A DNA stretch of 64,000 bases from Octopus sinensis (GCF_006345805.1 NC_042998.1:157728001-157792000); one strand, 5' to 3'. Counted from the first letter of the stretch, positions 11,181-24,751 are shown. Program-made: numbers and translations. Notes: generated by a model not told the origin, from the sequence alone.

Positions 11181-12829
11181 ACGCCGTTCGAAATAAATTA
11201 TATTAGCAAATATTAGTTGATTTCATTAGAACTATTTGCTTTACTCAAATATTTTAATTCTGCACTTCAGATTATTTTATGAATTGTTGTTCCTGTTGAT
11301 AATGATTGTAATGTTCCCATTAATAGGTAAATTAATCATTGAATTTGTTCTCAAAAGAAATTACTAGAATCTGATTTTGGAGGTATGTGAGGTCAATTCT
11401 GAGCTATGAGAAAAAGAATTCACGTTAAATTTTGAAATTTGAATTACTCCAGTATATAGTCAGTTTGAAGTGTCTGTTACAAATCAAGAAAATATTAAAT
11501 GTGAATTTTTGCTTCAGTTTCTATCCTCTAAACTGACGATAGACCCCTTTGACTTAGGCTAAAAATCAAGTTTAATAATATCATGGACTACAGAGGGTGA
11601 ACATGTTTTCTTCTCATTATGCATCGAATTAACAATTAGCTGCTACATATTTAAAATCGGGCCTCTGAATACATGCCCAGTATCCTGCTCCATACTCTAC
11701 AAATAGAAGTGCTTCAATGTTAAAATTAGAAATTGCGATTTTTGTCGTTAAAACATTGTGTTACTGAAAAGCTATATGAATATTTTTATTGTGATGTTTA
11801 TATCACCAATATAACCTATTAAAGGATTAAATGGCTGTGGTGCATTTTAACATGCCTAAATTAATTTCGCCACTTCAGACTTCAGGAAAAGATCAATACT
11901 TGAATGTTTCTGGTCATGAAAGAAAAGTATTTATCTATTTCATTGATAGCCATTTAGTTTTCTATTGAATGTATTATATTTTGCTCACAATCAATATCGC
12001 CATTTAACGATTATATTTCACTTATTTTCTGATGCTTTTTTTTCAGTCATACATGAAAATACACACACAGATACACACATGTTACTGTTAATTTTGAATT
12101 CATGACTACAATGAATATTCAGAATTTTCTAGAGTTAACTATAGCAATTTAGAGGGAGTAGAGTGATGAAGGAGCAGTAGGACATTTTATTTCTTTCCCA
12201 TGTTTTCCATTATCAATCCCTTCAAGTATATTAGATTATAAAGTATTTGATAATACGCAAATAGAATATGCTTTTATATGCGAATTCATCAAATGTTATT
12301 TATAAACTAATTCTTTGCTGATCCTAATGAGTTTTCTTTTTATAAAATACTATACAACAAGCAGCGTTTGAAAATTTGAATTGCTGTTTTATGGAATTGA
12401 ATTTGTGGTACTAAAATGAAAACGTACCGTAATTAATATTATAGCTGATACTTGAGAGACAAAGTATCTCCCTATCCGTTTTAATTTAACAACTAAGCCT
12501 TTCTTTCGATGCAATTGACCTACTAAAACTTCAAATCTAACCACTTCATAATTTGACTTGTTACCAAGGGCATTATTGTAAGAAGTAGGCAGTAGTATGC
12601 GTTTACTAATGACAGTAATGTCATAACAGTAGTAATATAATTCCTACAATGAGTGGACCTCTGGCAAAGTATATTATTAACATTTATTTTTGATTTTTCT
12701 TCTTGGATTACTAGACTGATTCTGTCAAGACAAACGAACCAACTTAGTTTATGCTTCAATCTGGTACTTGATATATATATATATATAATTAATTAAGGGT
12801 AGAAATTGATATTTATATATATATATATA

Positions 12830-14065
12830 CACGTAGTATCAAAGAGTTCCAGGACTAGTTATATCTAAACAAAAAAAAAAAATATTTATTTAAGTTTTAA
12901 CATCATCTACTTCAAAATAGACACCTTGTGCAGCAATATTCTATTCCCCCAACGTTCCTGCCACTTTTGGTATCCGGCCTAGAAGTCGTTTTCTGTAAGC
13001 AAGTCGAGGACCTTCACTCTCGATCTCGACAAAGGTGCTTAAACGGTAACCTTTGAGCTGCATTTTCATCTTGGGGATGAGATGGAAGTCCGCGTGTACT
13101 AAATCTGGTGAATAGGGCGGGTGTGGGAGCGATACCATGTTGTTTTTGGCGAGAAACTGACGAGTGAGGAGACCTCGGTGACAGGGTGCATTGTCGTCGT
13201 GAAGTATCCAATCTTTCGCGCTCCATAGATCCAGTAGCTTTAGACGATTGTCATCGCTCAAACGGATCAAAACGTCGCAGTAGAATTCTCATGTGACAGT
13301 CTAGCCTTTGGGGATGTATTCTCGATGTACAATACCGCGGATGTCGAAACAAACGACGAACATGCGCTTGATTGAGCTGCATTCCGTTCTGTCATGTCTT
13401 CTTTGGTCGTGGAGTTGAAGGGCTTTTACGTTGTGGCGGCTGCTGCTTCGTCTCAGACTCCTATCCGTAGACCCAACTCCCACCGCCGGTGATGACCCTA
13501 GGCATGAAGGATGGATCATCAGTGGCACGCTGACTTCGACGCTATGTCCTTTCTGTTCTGTGGTCAGCAGACGGGGGACAAACGTAGCAGAGACACTCTG
13601 CATGCTCTATTCAGAGTTTAGGATTGCTTGCACGGACCCATACAGCAGATCAACACAATCAGCAACGTTGATGGTTTGACTCCAACGATTCTCATGCACA
13701 ACCTGATAAATTTCCTCCACATTTCCTGGGGTGACGCTCGTAGTAGGTCTTTCATATCGCTCATCGTCTTTTAACGACGTTCTTCCGCTTCTGAAACGCC
13801 CGTGCCACTCGAAACATTGCATACAATCCATTACCACGTCGCTGAAAGCTTGCTGCAGCGTGATCAATATGTCTGTAGTAGACTCCCCAAGTTTAACGAA
13901 AAATTTCACGTTGACTCTTCCTCAACTTGCGCAGTAAAAACAGCGATGTCACTCAGCACACTGCCTCATGAAGGTCACCGCTAGTTCTCACTACACACGC
14001 AAGCGTATGTTGCCATCTGATGGCACACTATAGAATTAGTCCGGGAACTTTTTGATTCCACCTCG
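12830..14065 (-). mobile_element. Full-length decayed mariner (DD34D) transposon
   Basis: ~28-bp imperfect TIRs (CACGTAGTATCAAAGAGTTCCAGGACTA / TAGTCCGGGAACTTTTTGATTCCACCTCG); TA at both ends; 1236 bp. Confidence 0.9.
12890..13935 (-). pseudogene. Mariner transposase pseudogene
   Basis: Fragments KFFVKLGES, FVPRLLTTEQK, WILHDDNAPCH and HPPYSPDL in different frames; several frameshifts and stops. Confidence 0.9.
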
Positions 14066-14169
14066 TACATACATACATACATACATACATACATACATAC
14101 ATACATAAATACATACATGCATACATACATGCATGCATACATACATACATACATACATACATACATACA

Positions 14170-14200
<31 letters not shown>
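14066..14200. repeat. (TACA)n microsatellite starting at the mariner TA target
   Basis: Direct inspection. Confidence 0.95.
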
Positions 14201-14201
<1 letters not shown>

Positions 14202-14717
14202 ATTAAATACTTAACATATATGTTTCGTGTATTGCCGGTGGGCTAATATTGGTGCGGTGGAGTATCTACTGTCTCAAAATACAGGGTGTTGAAGCACTTC
14301 AAAATCATAGTTAGGTGAGATAACGCACCTTCAATCACATCTAAGAGTTAGGGCATTGATGTTTCGACATTTATGTGAACAATCAAAATCATGTACCCTA
14401 CAGAAACGGAGGCGAATGACTACGCCAGTCCTACAACTTATAAGCTCATGGCATGCAAAACCATGTACGGGTGTTTTCGGCAAATGCAAATGTAGGAATA
14501 CATTTTGATATGAAATAAAAGCAGCTCTAGTATAATGAATATCATTAACCACATATACTTACCGTATATGATTCGTGTATTTGCCTGCGGGCTGCTATTG
14601 GCGCTGTAGTGTATATACTCTCTGAAAGCGCCCAGAATCCCGGAGTTTCGTGCGTTGGCCCAGTGTCAACGCTCGAATCTCTCGGCCCTTAAGTGACTTT
14701 GTTGCTTCTGCTAAATA

Positions 14718-14869
14718 TTAATATATATCTGGTCATCCCATAAGTTGTGTCCGAATTTTGAATAAAGAAAACAAGTGATCAAATTTTATATTTAAATATA
14801 AAATTTGATCACTTGTTTTCTTTATTCAAAATTCGGACACAACTTATGGGATGACCAGATATATATTAA
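14718..14869. repeat. Perfect 152-bp palindrome (no loop), an inverted duplication of a mariner right end
   Basis: Arms 14718-14793 and 14794-14869 are exact reverse complements, centred on ATTT|AAAT. Confidence 0.95.
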
Positions 14870-15103
14870 ATCATCAATGTACTTTCCCTGAATATCTATG
14901 ACTTCCTTCCATCTATTTGAAAGCTTCTTAATCCCATCAATGTAAAACTCTTTTGGTTTCAAAGCGAAGAACTGTGAAATGTCAGTTTAGACCTCCTCCT
15001 GGCTTGCGAAAGTTATGTCCCCCAAATGATTCTGTAAACTACGAAGCAAATGGTAGTCTGAAGTAGCAAGTTCGGGAGAATAGGGTGGATGAGGAATTTT
15101 TTT
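14728..15103 (-). mobile_element. 3' fragment of a second mariner family
   Basis: Minus strand translates KIPHPPYSPELATSDYHLLRSLQNHL...FYIDGIKKLSNRWKEVIDIQGKYIDD; followed by TIR-like AACTTATGGGATGACCAGATA. Confidence 0.85.
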
Positions 15104-15340
15104 GCCAACCAATAAGTAAGTTTGAGCACTGGGGTCGATGTTATCGCCATCCACACCTCAGACGAATCTGCTGGCTTTGTGCCAAACAATTAAATCAATA
15201 TTAAAACTAATACAAGAAACAGCTCGAGAAGCTCTTTCAGATACTCGCAAATACAAAACTATGCACACATAGACAGGTGCATATGCACACAAGGGCGTAT
15301 ACAGACACGTCCGCATTGACATATCTCTTACTCTTTTACC

Positions 15341-15711
15341 CTTTTACTTGTTTCAGTCATGTGACTGTGGCCATGCTGGAGCACCGCCTTTAGTCGAGCA
15401 AATCGGCCCCAGGACTTATTCTTTGTAAGCCTAGTACTCATTCTATCGGTCTCTTTTGCCGAACCGCTAAGTCACGGGACATAAGCACACCAGCAGCGGT
15501 TGTCAAGCAATGTTGGGGGGACAAACACAGACACACAAACATATACACACACATACACATATATATACATATATACAACGGGCTACTTCCAGTTTCCGTC
15601 TACCAAATCCACTCACAAGGCTATAGTAGAAAACACTTGCCCAAGGTGCCACGCAGTGGGACTGAACCCAGAACCATGTGGTTGGTAAGCAAGTTACTTA
15701 CCACACAGCCA
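15341..15711 (-). mobile_element. tRNA-derived SINE family B, full-length
   Basis: Minus-strand head TGGCTGTGTGGT (A-box-like) and GGTTCAGTCCC (B-box); CORE-like GGCACCTTGGGCAAGTG; high similarity to 31497-31890 and 36270-36663. Confidence 0.9.
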
Positions 15712-15876
15712 GAGCACATACTGATAGATGTTGATATACATTTATGCATAATAATACACACACACACACACACAAACACACACAGACATATATCTGTATA
15801 TGTGTGTATGTGAACATTATATATATATATATATATATATATATTTAAAAAAAGGAGATGTCGAACACGAGTGGTG

Positions 15877-16733
15877 ATATATAAAAAAGGAAATGAAGAA
15901 AATGCTGACAAATAATTGAAGTAATTTAAGTAATTTAATTAGGTGAAAGTTCTTTTTACCGGTTGCGCATTTGTTATGCTTATCAAAATATAAAAGAGAG
16001 ATTAGAGTCTGTCTCTTATATGTGAAAAAAAGAGGCTCCAGAGTTGTTTTGGATTTGCTTGGTTTCACACAAATTGACTTCACACAAATACGTTGCTTCC
16101 CGATACAGGCACAAGGCCAGCAGAACTATAAATATTGAAAATTGTACCCACACACATACACATATATACACGCGCGCGCGCCCCAACATACATATAAACA
16201 CACACACGCGCGCGCGCGCACACACATGCATACATACAGCTCTCCCTGTTCTAAACGAACTTACTTATCCAGTCAAGCGGAAAATACACTCCCTAACTAC
16301 GCGCTAAAAAGCTATTTAAAATATCCACATGACGTCTACTGACCAGCCTGAACAATAAGAATTTTCAACAACACTATTTTCGAAAATTCTAAACATTCAC
16401 GTGACCTCTTTATTATGGCCAATAAGAAATTTTAGGCGGGACACTAGCCAAATTTTAACTTCTCTGGAGCCTTTTTCTTACCCCAACACCAACTTCCATT
16501 CAAACATTCACGTGACCCCTTCATAATGACCAATCAAAATTTTAGGCGCGAAACCAAGCAAATCCAAAACAACTCTGGAGCCTCTTTTTTTCACATATAA
16601 GAGACAGACTCTAATCTCTCTTTTATATTTTGATAAGCATAACAAATGCGCAACCGGTAAAAATAACTTTCACCTAATTAAATTACTTAAATTACTTCAA
16701 TTATTTGTCAGCATTTTCTTCATTTCCTTTTTT

Positions 16734-16739
<6 letters not shown>
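15877..16739. mobile_element. Fold-back element with 190-bp inverted arms at (TA)n
   Basis: Arms 15877-16066 and 16550-16739 (one mismatch seen); internal ~50-bp direct repeat at ~16392 and ~16502. Confidence 0.75.
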
Positions 16740-16792
<53 letters not shown>

Positions 16793-17540
16793 CATGCATG
16801 CGTAAATGTGTATGTAAATTGCATCAATTTCTTATTTGTATGACTTTATGTTTGCTTCTTAATGCTCTTGTTATGAAGACCCATATCTTTTCAAAAATTC
16901 ATATTCTCTGAATTGTGTGGTAATTTGTCATTTTGAAGATTGAACTCATCCAACCATCCATATATATATATATATATATATATGTTTGTGTGTGTGTGTG
17001 TGTGTGAATATATTTATATATGTGTGTGTGTGTTTTGGCAAGTATTTTGTACAAACTTTATATACCGTTTCAATAGTAATAAAAGCAGAAACAACTATAG
17101 CGACGCTAATTTCTAAATCTGTACAGGTTACTCCTATATTTTTCTCCCTTTTTCTCTCGGGTTGTTATATTGTTATATTACTGCCAATGAATACGTTAAA
17201 ACAAATTGCTACATATGTCTATATTTGACATATGTGTTACATTTTTGAATGATCCACAAAAATAGAAATAAGTTTTAATGTTCTAAAATAGATATTTTGT
17301 TTATGTTTGCAGTTTATTGGACAATCTTTACGTAGTATAAATATATTTTGGCTTGATAAAATAAATTGGTATTTAAAGTGGAATGTTGTAATAATCAATA
17401 TCATTTCCGAGGAATTGGGAAAAGAAGTTCGCAAACTATCTCGTGAGGGAATCACTTAATTGACACGGTGTTGAATTTGATTCGTTTAAATAACAAAGAA
17501 GTTCATATCTGCTTGGGATACCCTCATTTTATTCATATTC

Positions 17541-17745
17541 TTTTCTACAATAGGCACAAAGCCTGAAATTTTGGCGAGTGGGGCCAGTCGCTTACATCGA
17601 CCCCAGTACAGGTACTTATTTTATCAACATCAAAGGATGAATATGAAAGTCAACTTCGGTGGAATTTGAACTCAGAATGTAAAGGTTGACGAAATGCCGC
17701 AAAGCATTTAGACCAGCGTACTAACAATTCTGTCAGCTCGCTCTC
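17541..17745 (-). mobile_element. SINE family A
   Basis: Same tail, central domain and head as 6945-7170. Confidence 0.85.
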
Positions 17746-17785
17746 TTCTTCACTTCTGCACTTTATTAATATTAAATATGTTTTA

Positions 17786-17997
17786 AAGGTGACAAACTGG
17801 CAGAATTGTTGCCACGACGGGCAAAATCTTAAGCGGTAATTTTTCCGATTTACGTTCTGAGTTCAAATTGCGTCGATGTCAACTTTCATTCTTCCGGACT
17901 TGATAAAATAAGTACCAGTTGAGCACTTGGGTAGATCTAATCGACTTACCCCTTCTCCGGAACTTGATAGCCTTTTACCAAAATTTGAAACCAATAT
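17786..17997 (+). mobile_element. SINE family A
   Basis: AACTGGCAGAATTG..TTCTGAGTTCAAATT..GATAAAATAAGTACCAG. Confidence 0.85.
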
Positions 17998-18585
17998 TAA
18001 AGATATTTCAACTTTGATGGAGTTAAAACTCGGAACAATGATGTACTGCATAAAATGTATTAACTGAGACGAGCCATTTTCTTGTAAGGATGAAAAATCA
18101 GAATTTGATCTTCCTGCTACTTTTAAACACTACTTTGTGTGCCCAAATAATTTGGGATTCTATAAGTTACAGTTTGTGTGTGATAACAGACTGCGTGTTC
18201 AATTACATGTATAATATGTTTTGAAAATATGTCAATCCATATTTTCTAGGTGTTTGAAATTCTATAATAATGGGTCCATAAAACGACCAATATTTAGTAA
18301 TAATCAATCATCTTTGCTTCAAGTTGACTCAGCATAGTTACAATGTAGCTGCACCAACTATTATTCTACATATATATAGGGTAAAAAGAGCAAAGAACCC
18401 CTTCGGTCAAAATCACCATGGGATTGCACACAGAAAGCTCCCAAATTGGAACTGAACCCGGAACCATTTCACTGGGAAGCAAAGATCGTACCACACAGCT
18501 GCGCCTTCGCCCATAGCTACCTACCTACCTACATACATACATACATACATACATGCATACATAATACATACATACATACATACAA

Positions 18586-18625
<40 letters not shown>

Positions 18626-18689
18626 ATTCACCATGTCTTTCCTACAATCCTTTCCTGGAGGCCTTCTGAAAAATTATTGCTTGTCAGAA

Positions 18690-19492
18690 AGCGAAACGAC
18701 CCACGTTAGACTACGAAAACAGCGGAGATTGTGGGTAAGAGTCTGAAGCTTTGGAGAAACATAAAAATGATGGTTCAAGAAAGTTGGTTAAAATTGATGG
18801 TAACTTGAATAGTGCCAAATACATCCTGTTTATTGAAAGACAATTTGATACCAGATTTGGATGAAGGTGAAATTTTTAGGCATGATAGATTTCCATGCCA
18901 CAGATTGATGCAACACAACAGAGTCTGGCTGATGAAGGTGTTACCGTATTGAAATATTGGCAAGCTCAGAGTCCTGGCTTAGATATCATTGAGCAAATGT
19001 GGACAGAACTAAAGAGAAGGGTTCGGCAGAAGAATCCACGTAATCTTGAAGAGTTGTGGGAGCTCAGCCACAGAATGACATCTCATAAGATGGTGAAGGA
19101 CTTGTGCACATCTCTTTCCAGGCACATGGAAGCAATTATTCAAGCTAAGGGAAGCCACACGAAATACTAGCAAAGTATAGTAACTTCTTGCAATGAACAT
19201 TATGTAATAAATTTTCATTATAGACATTTTTTGTTTTAAAACACTGTATCTCGACTCTTACTTATGTGAGGTGGCCGAAAACTTTTGCACAGCCATTTTT
19301 GGTGGTCGTCTTGCCTCTCCCCTTCTCATTCAGAAACCCTATTACAGAATATAAGGATTATGTATAGAAATGACTCCAACAGGGTCACTGTTTTATCTGT
19401 AAAATACGCAATGCGAAACATCCATGTATGAGTTGGCAGTTAGTAAAAATTTACAATTATTTAAATTGGTCGAAAACTTTTGTACGGTATTG
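18690..19492 (+). mobile_element. 5'-truncated Tc1-like transposon (DD34E C-terminus plus right IR/DR)
   Basis: IDGNLNSAKY, WQAQSPGLDIIEQMW, MEAIIQAKGSHTKY* (stop ends 19170); related end motifs at 19270-19295 and 19467-19492 followed by TA. Confidence 0.85.
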
Positions 19493-20789
19493 TATATTTC
19501 GAGGTATTATCTGTTTTCAAACGTTAATTCCTTGAGTCCCAATGATTTGATGGCGTATATTTATACACATATATAAGATGGTGTAGTTTGTATATATATA
19601 TTGTATTGCTTTCAATGAACTTGCAGAAAAAATAAAACTATTTGTTTAGTGCACGGTTAAACAGAAAATAAAATGACAGTATGATATATTGAAATTGCTT
19701 CTTTGAACAGTCGTGCATCAAAATATTCATGTACATAAACTTTTCACTGTTTTTTAGTTTTGATATTCGAAAATGTCATGTTATATCTTACTTTGTTTGA
19801 CGAGTACTATATATATGAGGCAAACAGCACAGATAATGAATATACTCGAATCAAGCAATTCGAAACTCGGTTCTGATCTCCGTTAGAATCATTTCATTTC
19901 AATTCATATTACAAATAGGCTAAAAAAGTAATATAAATACCCTATAAATCAATTATTATCTATCAGTTAGTTATTCTATTTGACAATAACAGACATGACA
20001 ATATAATATCTAAAGCTGAAGTAGATGACAATGTGATAATAGCAATAAGGCACATAGACCAGTATATAAAATGATAGCTGAAAGAACAAATAATAAATAA
20101 ACAAAAGACTTAGATGAATAATAGTATGAGTAATAGACGAAGTGAATGACAAACCAACTAAATAAATGATGGAATGTGTATTTTCATTGCATTGCCTCGT
20201 TTGTAGACAATCATATAATTCTATCTTAAAGACTATAAGTTTACCTGATAATATTCCTCACACCAACAAAGAATTAAAAAAAAACACCAAGTGTTTTCGG
20301 TTTTCATGCTTTCCTGTCTCGATGTATATAATTTTATCCTCCACTTTCTCTTGTCATCCCAACTTTCTGCAAACGTTTGTGTGTGTGTATGTGTGCGCGT
20401 GTGTACGTGTGTGCGTGCGTGTGCGTGCGTGTGTGTGCGTGTGTGTGTGCGTATGTGTATGTATATATATATATATATAAATATATGAGCAGTGTGGGTG
20501 TGTGTACGAATGTATGTATGTAAGCGTAAGTATACACTCAAATATCGCTTGTGTTGTGATAGTTCTAAAAATATTAACCATAAGTTATCTGCAAGTACAA
20601 CACAATCCTTCTTTGTTTTATTATTATCTAATCTTTGTTATGAATCAGAATAATATTCTTATCAAATAGTTTAGAATCAAACAAACATACACGTACAATA
20701 TTGTCTGAAATATGTTTTTTGCTACTATAGTAAATCTATTAACCATCTGTTATCATTATCAATATCATCAGAAAATGATAATAATGATG

Positions 20790-20790
20790 A

Positions 20791-20827
<37 letters not shown>

Positions 20828-21010
20828 GCTACTGCTGCTACTACAACTACTGCAGCTGCTGCTGCTACTACTACTACTCCTGCAGCTCCTACTACTACTA
20901 CTACTACTGCAGCTGCTGCTGCTACTGCTGCTGCTGCTGCTGCTGCCACTACTACTACTACTACTACTACTTCTTCTTCTTCTACTACTACTACTACTAC
21001 TACTAATAAT
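20790..21010. repeat. (CTA)n/(CTG)n compound microsatellite
   Basis: Direct inspection; source of the poly-L, poly-S and poly-A/V ORFs. Confidence 0.95.
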
Positions 21011-21220
21011 ACCTACTGTAGACACAAGGCTTGAAATTGTTTGGGAGGGTACTACTCGATTACATCGACCCCAGAAGTTTACAGGTACTTAATTTATCGA
21101 CCCAGAATGGATAAAAAGCAAAGTTGACCTCGGTGGAATTTGAACTCACAACGTAGGGATTGGTGAAATACCGCTAAGCATTTCGTCCAGCGTGCTAACG
21201 ACACTGCCAGCTCACTGTCT
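21011..21220 (-). mobile_element. SINE family A
   Basis: Homology to the other family A copies. Confidence 0.85.
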
Positions 21221-21298
<78 letters not shown>

Positions 21299-21975
21299 GC
21301 CTTTCAACTAAACGCACAAGGCCTGAATATTTGGTGGGGAGTCGATTGCATCGACCCCGGTACTCAACTAAGTACCACTTTCTTAAAACACTGAATCGTC
21401 ACCGTAAAGCGTCTCCTCTGCACTGAATATGTGAACCTCCACAAGCTTCCATTGCTGTATTTCGATTGTTTTATCTGTTATCTTTTACTTGTTTTAGTCG
21501 TTAGTCTGGGATCAGCTTGAGAAGGTTTAGTCAAACGAATCGACCCTAGTATTTATTTCTTAAAGCCTGGTGCTTATTCTATCAGTATATCTTTGTTCAT
21601 ATTTTCGAAAATATCTGCCGAATTAGTTTGGTCCCTAACAAGTGCTCATCTTCATTAGTGGATGAGGTGATACTGTTGTGAGAGGATGCTTCCAGGCCAT
21701 TTAGTTTACTTTTCTCAAAAAGATGTTTGCATAGGGTAGCGTTTTGACATAATTTTTTTCTTTCATACTCTCTCAAAAAAAGGAGAAAAAACTATTTAGA
21801 AAAGAAGGCTGAAATTACTCATAGATTCAATGGATAACATGCTAACGTTTGAAATCAAGAACTATGGATATGGTATACCCTTTGCACTTCATTAGGGTCA
21901 AATTCTCAAACGAAGTTGATCTAGTAGCTAACATATATATGTGTGTATGAGTATGAACTATATATATATGTGTGT

Positions 21976-22007
<32 letters not shown>

Positions 22008-24537
22008 ATTTATGCATGTATATCTACATTTGTCTGGTGTTTGTGTTCATTATTTTAAAACCAATGATTCGAAATCGCCATGTTATATTTGGCAATGCTA
22101 ACACTTTAAATGATGAGTAAAAATAAATTCAATATTGGCATATTGACATTTCAAACTGGAGCTATTTCTAAAGCATTTATCCTTATCGTAAGTAACTTAG
22201 AATTTAAATAGGCAGTGGCAATATTTGAAATAAAGGGCAATTGAGAATAGCAAAATTCTGTATATAGATAGAATTCTTTTCATGTTCTGACTTCAAATCC
22301 TATCAATATCAACTCTTGTTGTTATTTCTTTGACGGCAATAGAATATGTACAGTAGGTATACATATATTTAAAATCTCAGTGGCTTTGTGGTATTGATAG
22401 ATACCTGCATTTCAGATAAAGGGCAGCCTAAAATATCAGAAACAATACAGTTTAGGAATAATTGCCTTTTTTTCTGAATTCACACACTATCGATTATTTA
22501 CTTTGCCTTTCCATTATCAAGGATCGATAAAATACATACCAGTTCAGGAACGTGGTCGATTATATAGAGTAATCTTCTTTCTCCAAAATTCCTTTTCGTA
22601 TTCTAAAAGTAGAATTTAATATTTCAGATAATGAGTCGTTTAAAGCAAATAAACTGAAACCATCAATTAGTTAGAAAATATGCTTCAGCGGAAATTAAAT
22701 TCGAAATCTATTTCCTGGTTTTATTTTTTTATTTTTTTTCAAATGTAACTTGACTCCCTTCAGCCATCTGTAAAAATAAATCTAAATGTAGAATTTAGCT
22801 GTATGTTTCGTTAATTTTCGATTTTTGGAGTGGAGGATTGCATTTGTATCATAAGTTATTGTAGAAATATTATAGAAAGATGTTTACCTTAACAGATAGA
22901 AAAAGTCATTGAATAAAAAGAGACGATAAATAATGCGTTTTAGAAAACATAAACAAAGCTGGAGAAGAAGGGCCAGTAATGGAGAAAATTAGTAAAATAA
23001 TACATAGACGCACCATATACCCATCCAAAAGCAATCTTTACCAGATAATCACCAGAAATGCCTGGTTTTATTGAGCCCTCAGAATTAAACGCATAAATGG
23101 GTAGCTAATACTACTTCACTATTCCTCAAACAGCAAAATCTCGTTAATCTATGTTTCCCAAGCAATTCACTCGTATCTGTAATCAGATGTTCTGACAAAA
23201 GTCAGTGTAGGAGTGTTGGAAAAACCATCTATCGTTACAAATGGATGATTTTAAAACTGTTTCACAACTCCTTAAGATAATCATGCGAACTGCTCAGAAT
23301 CCATCGTTTGCGAAAATTTTAGTCAACTTCTTAGGCTCATCCTTTTCTCTACTTTTCAAACAAAATTGTTCTGTGATTAGTACTACCACTAAGAATACCT
23401 CCACATTTGCATCACTATCTAAGCGTCCCTTCTCTCACCAACTCTAATGTGTACATTACAGACTGTTTTCTTTAGAGCGTAGGCTGTCTCAAATATTTTT
23501 TCTTTCATTTATTCTTCTTGCAATTGATGAATTGCTGTAGACTAAGCATAACATTAACGGAATAAATATCAGTCTCGGAATGCTTGCGAAGGTCAAACAA
23601 TAGCCATTTCTCCAAGACGAAATTGATATAAAAAATGTGCTAAAAGTGAAAGAAGGGAGAAAAATATAAGAAGAAGATAAATCCATATTGATAGTAAATG
23701 AAAAACAAATGTATCAAAATACGACGATATTCTGTGATATATGAGAAATATATAGACGATCACATGGTATGGAACTAAGAAAGCTAGAGGTTCATAGGAG
23801 GTAGATGGTGGAAAGTATTGATGGTTAGTATACAATAATATGATATATATTAGAATTTACTCGTGATCATTGAATCATGCAATTATTACTGTGTTACGAT
23901 ATTTTACGATATTTTGTTGTCATTACAATCCTTATTTGTTTTAGTCAGCCCTATTTCTAATCTGGTTGACTGAAACAAATAAATTGTTAAAACATTAAAC
24001 AATAATATTGTTTATTATTACAATAATAACAGAATTTAATAATGAATCTCCTTCTTTTTATCTATTAAAACAACCCATTATTTTAAATTTAATTTATTTT
24101 TATTTTTTCCCACTTGTTGAACAAAGAATATATATTTTTTTCATCAAAATCGAATTAATCGTTTATTATTCAATATAGGGGAAGGTTCCACTGTCTTTTT
24201 CCTGCTATTCACTTAAACGGCTTTCTGTTTTATCTCTTCTCTTTGTATCATTATATTATCTTTTACGCCCTCCTCCTGCTTATTTTAATTTCTCGCCTTT
24301 TGTTCTTCCTCTCACATTTCCTCATACTTCTGCTCCAAAGCTTTCGATCTGTTTTTAATTATTGTTTCTTAATACAATAATTTATTTATTTAAATCTTTT
24401 ATTTCTATAAATTCATAAATATGTTCCCTCTTTTTTTTTTTAATATAATTTTGTCCATCACATTCACTATGTAAATCCTATATGTAACGTTTGAGTAAAA
24501 ATAGAATGAAAATTAATGAAGAAATTATTATAATTTT

Positions 24538-24748
24538 GCTAGCTGGCAGAACCATTAGCACGCCAGACAAAATGTTTAGTGGCCTTTCATCCGTCTGTGC
24601 GTTCTGAGTTCAGATTCTATCGAGGTCCACTTTGCCTTTTATCCTTTTGGGGATCGATAAATTAAGTACCAATTGAATACTGGAGTCGATGTAAGAGACC
24701 GCGTTCCCCGAACTATCAGATGTTGTACCTATAGTAGAAAGGATTATC
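24538..24748 (+). mobile_element. SINE family A (first of a tandem pair)
   Basis: AGCTGGCAGAACC..GTTCTGAGTTCAGA..GGATCGATAAATTAAGTACC. Confidence 0.8.
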
Positions 24749-24751
24749 ATT

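Noticed and set aside
12523-12759. 78-aa minus-strand ORF as a host exon
   Set aside because: No recognisable motif; splice signals ambiguous
21600-21800. ~65-codon open stretch on the minus strand (EYERKKLCQNATL...)
   Set aside because: Weak GAG acceptor, no homology recognised; expected by chance
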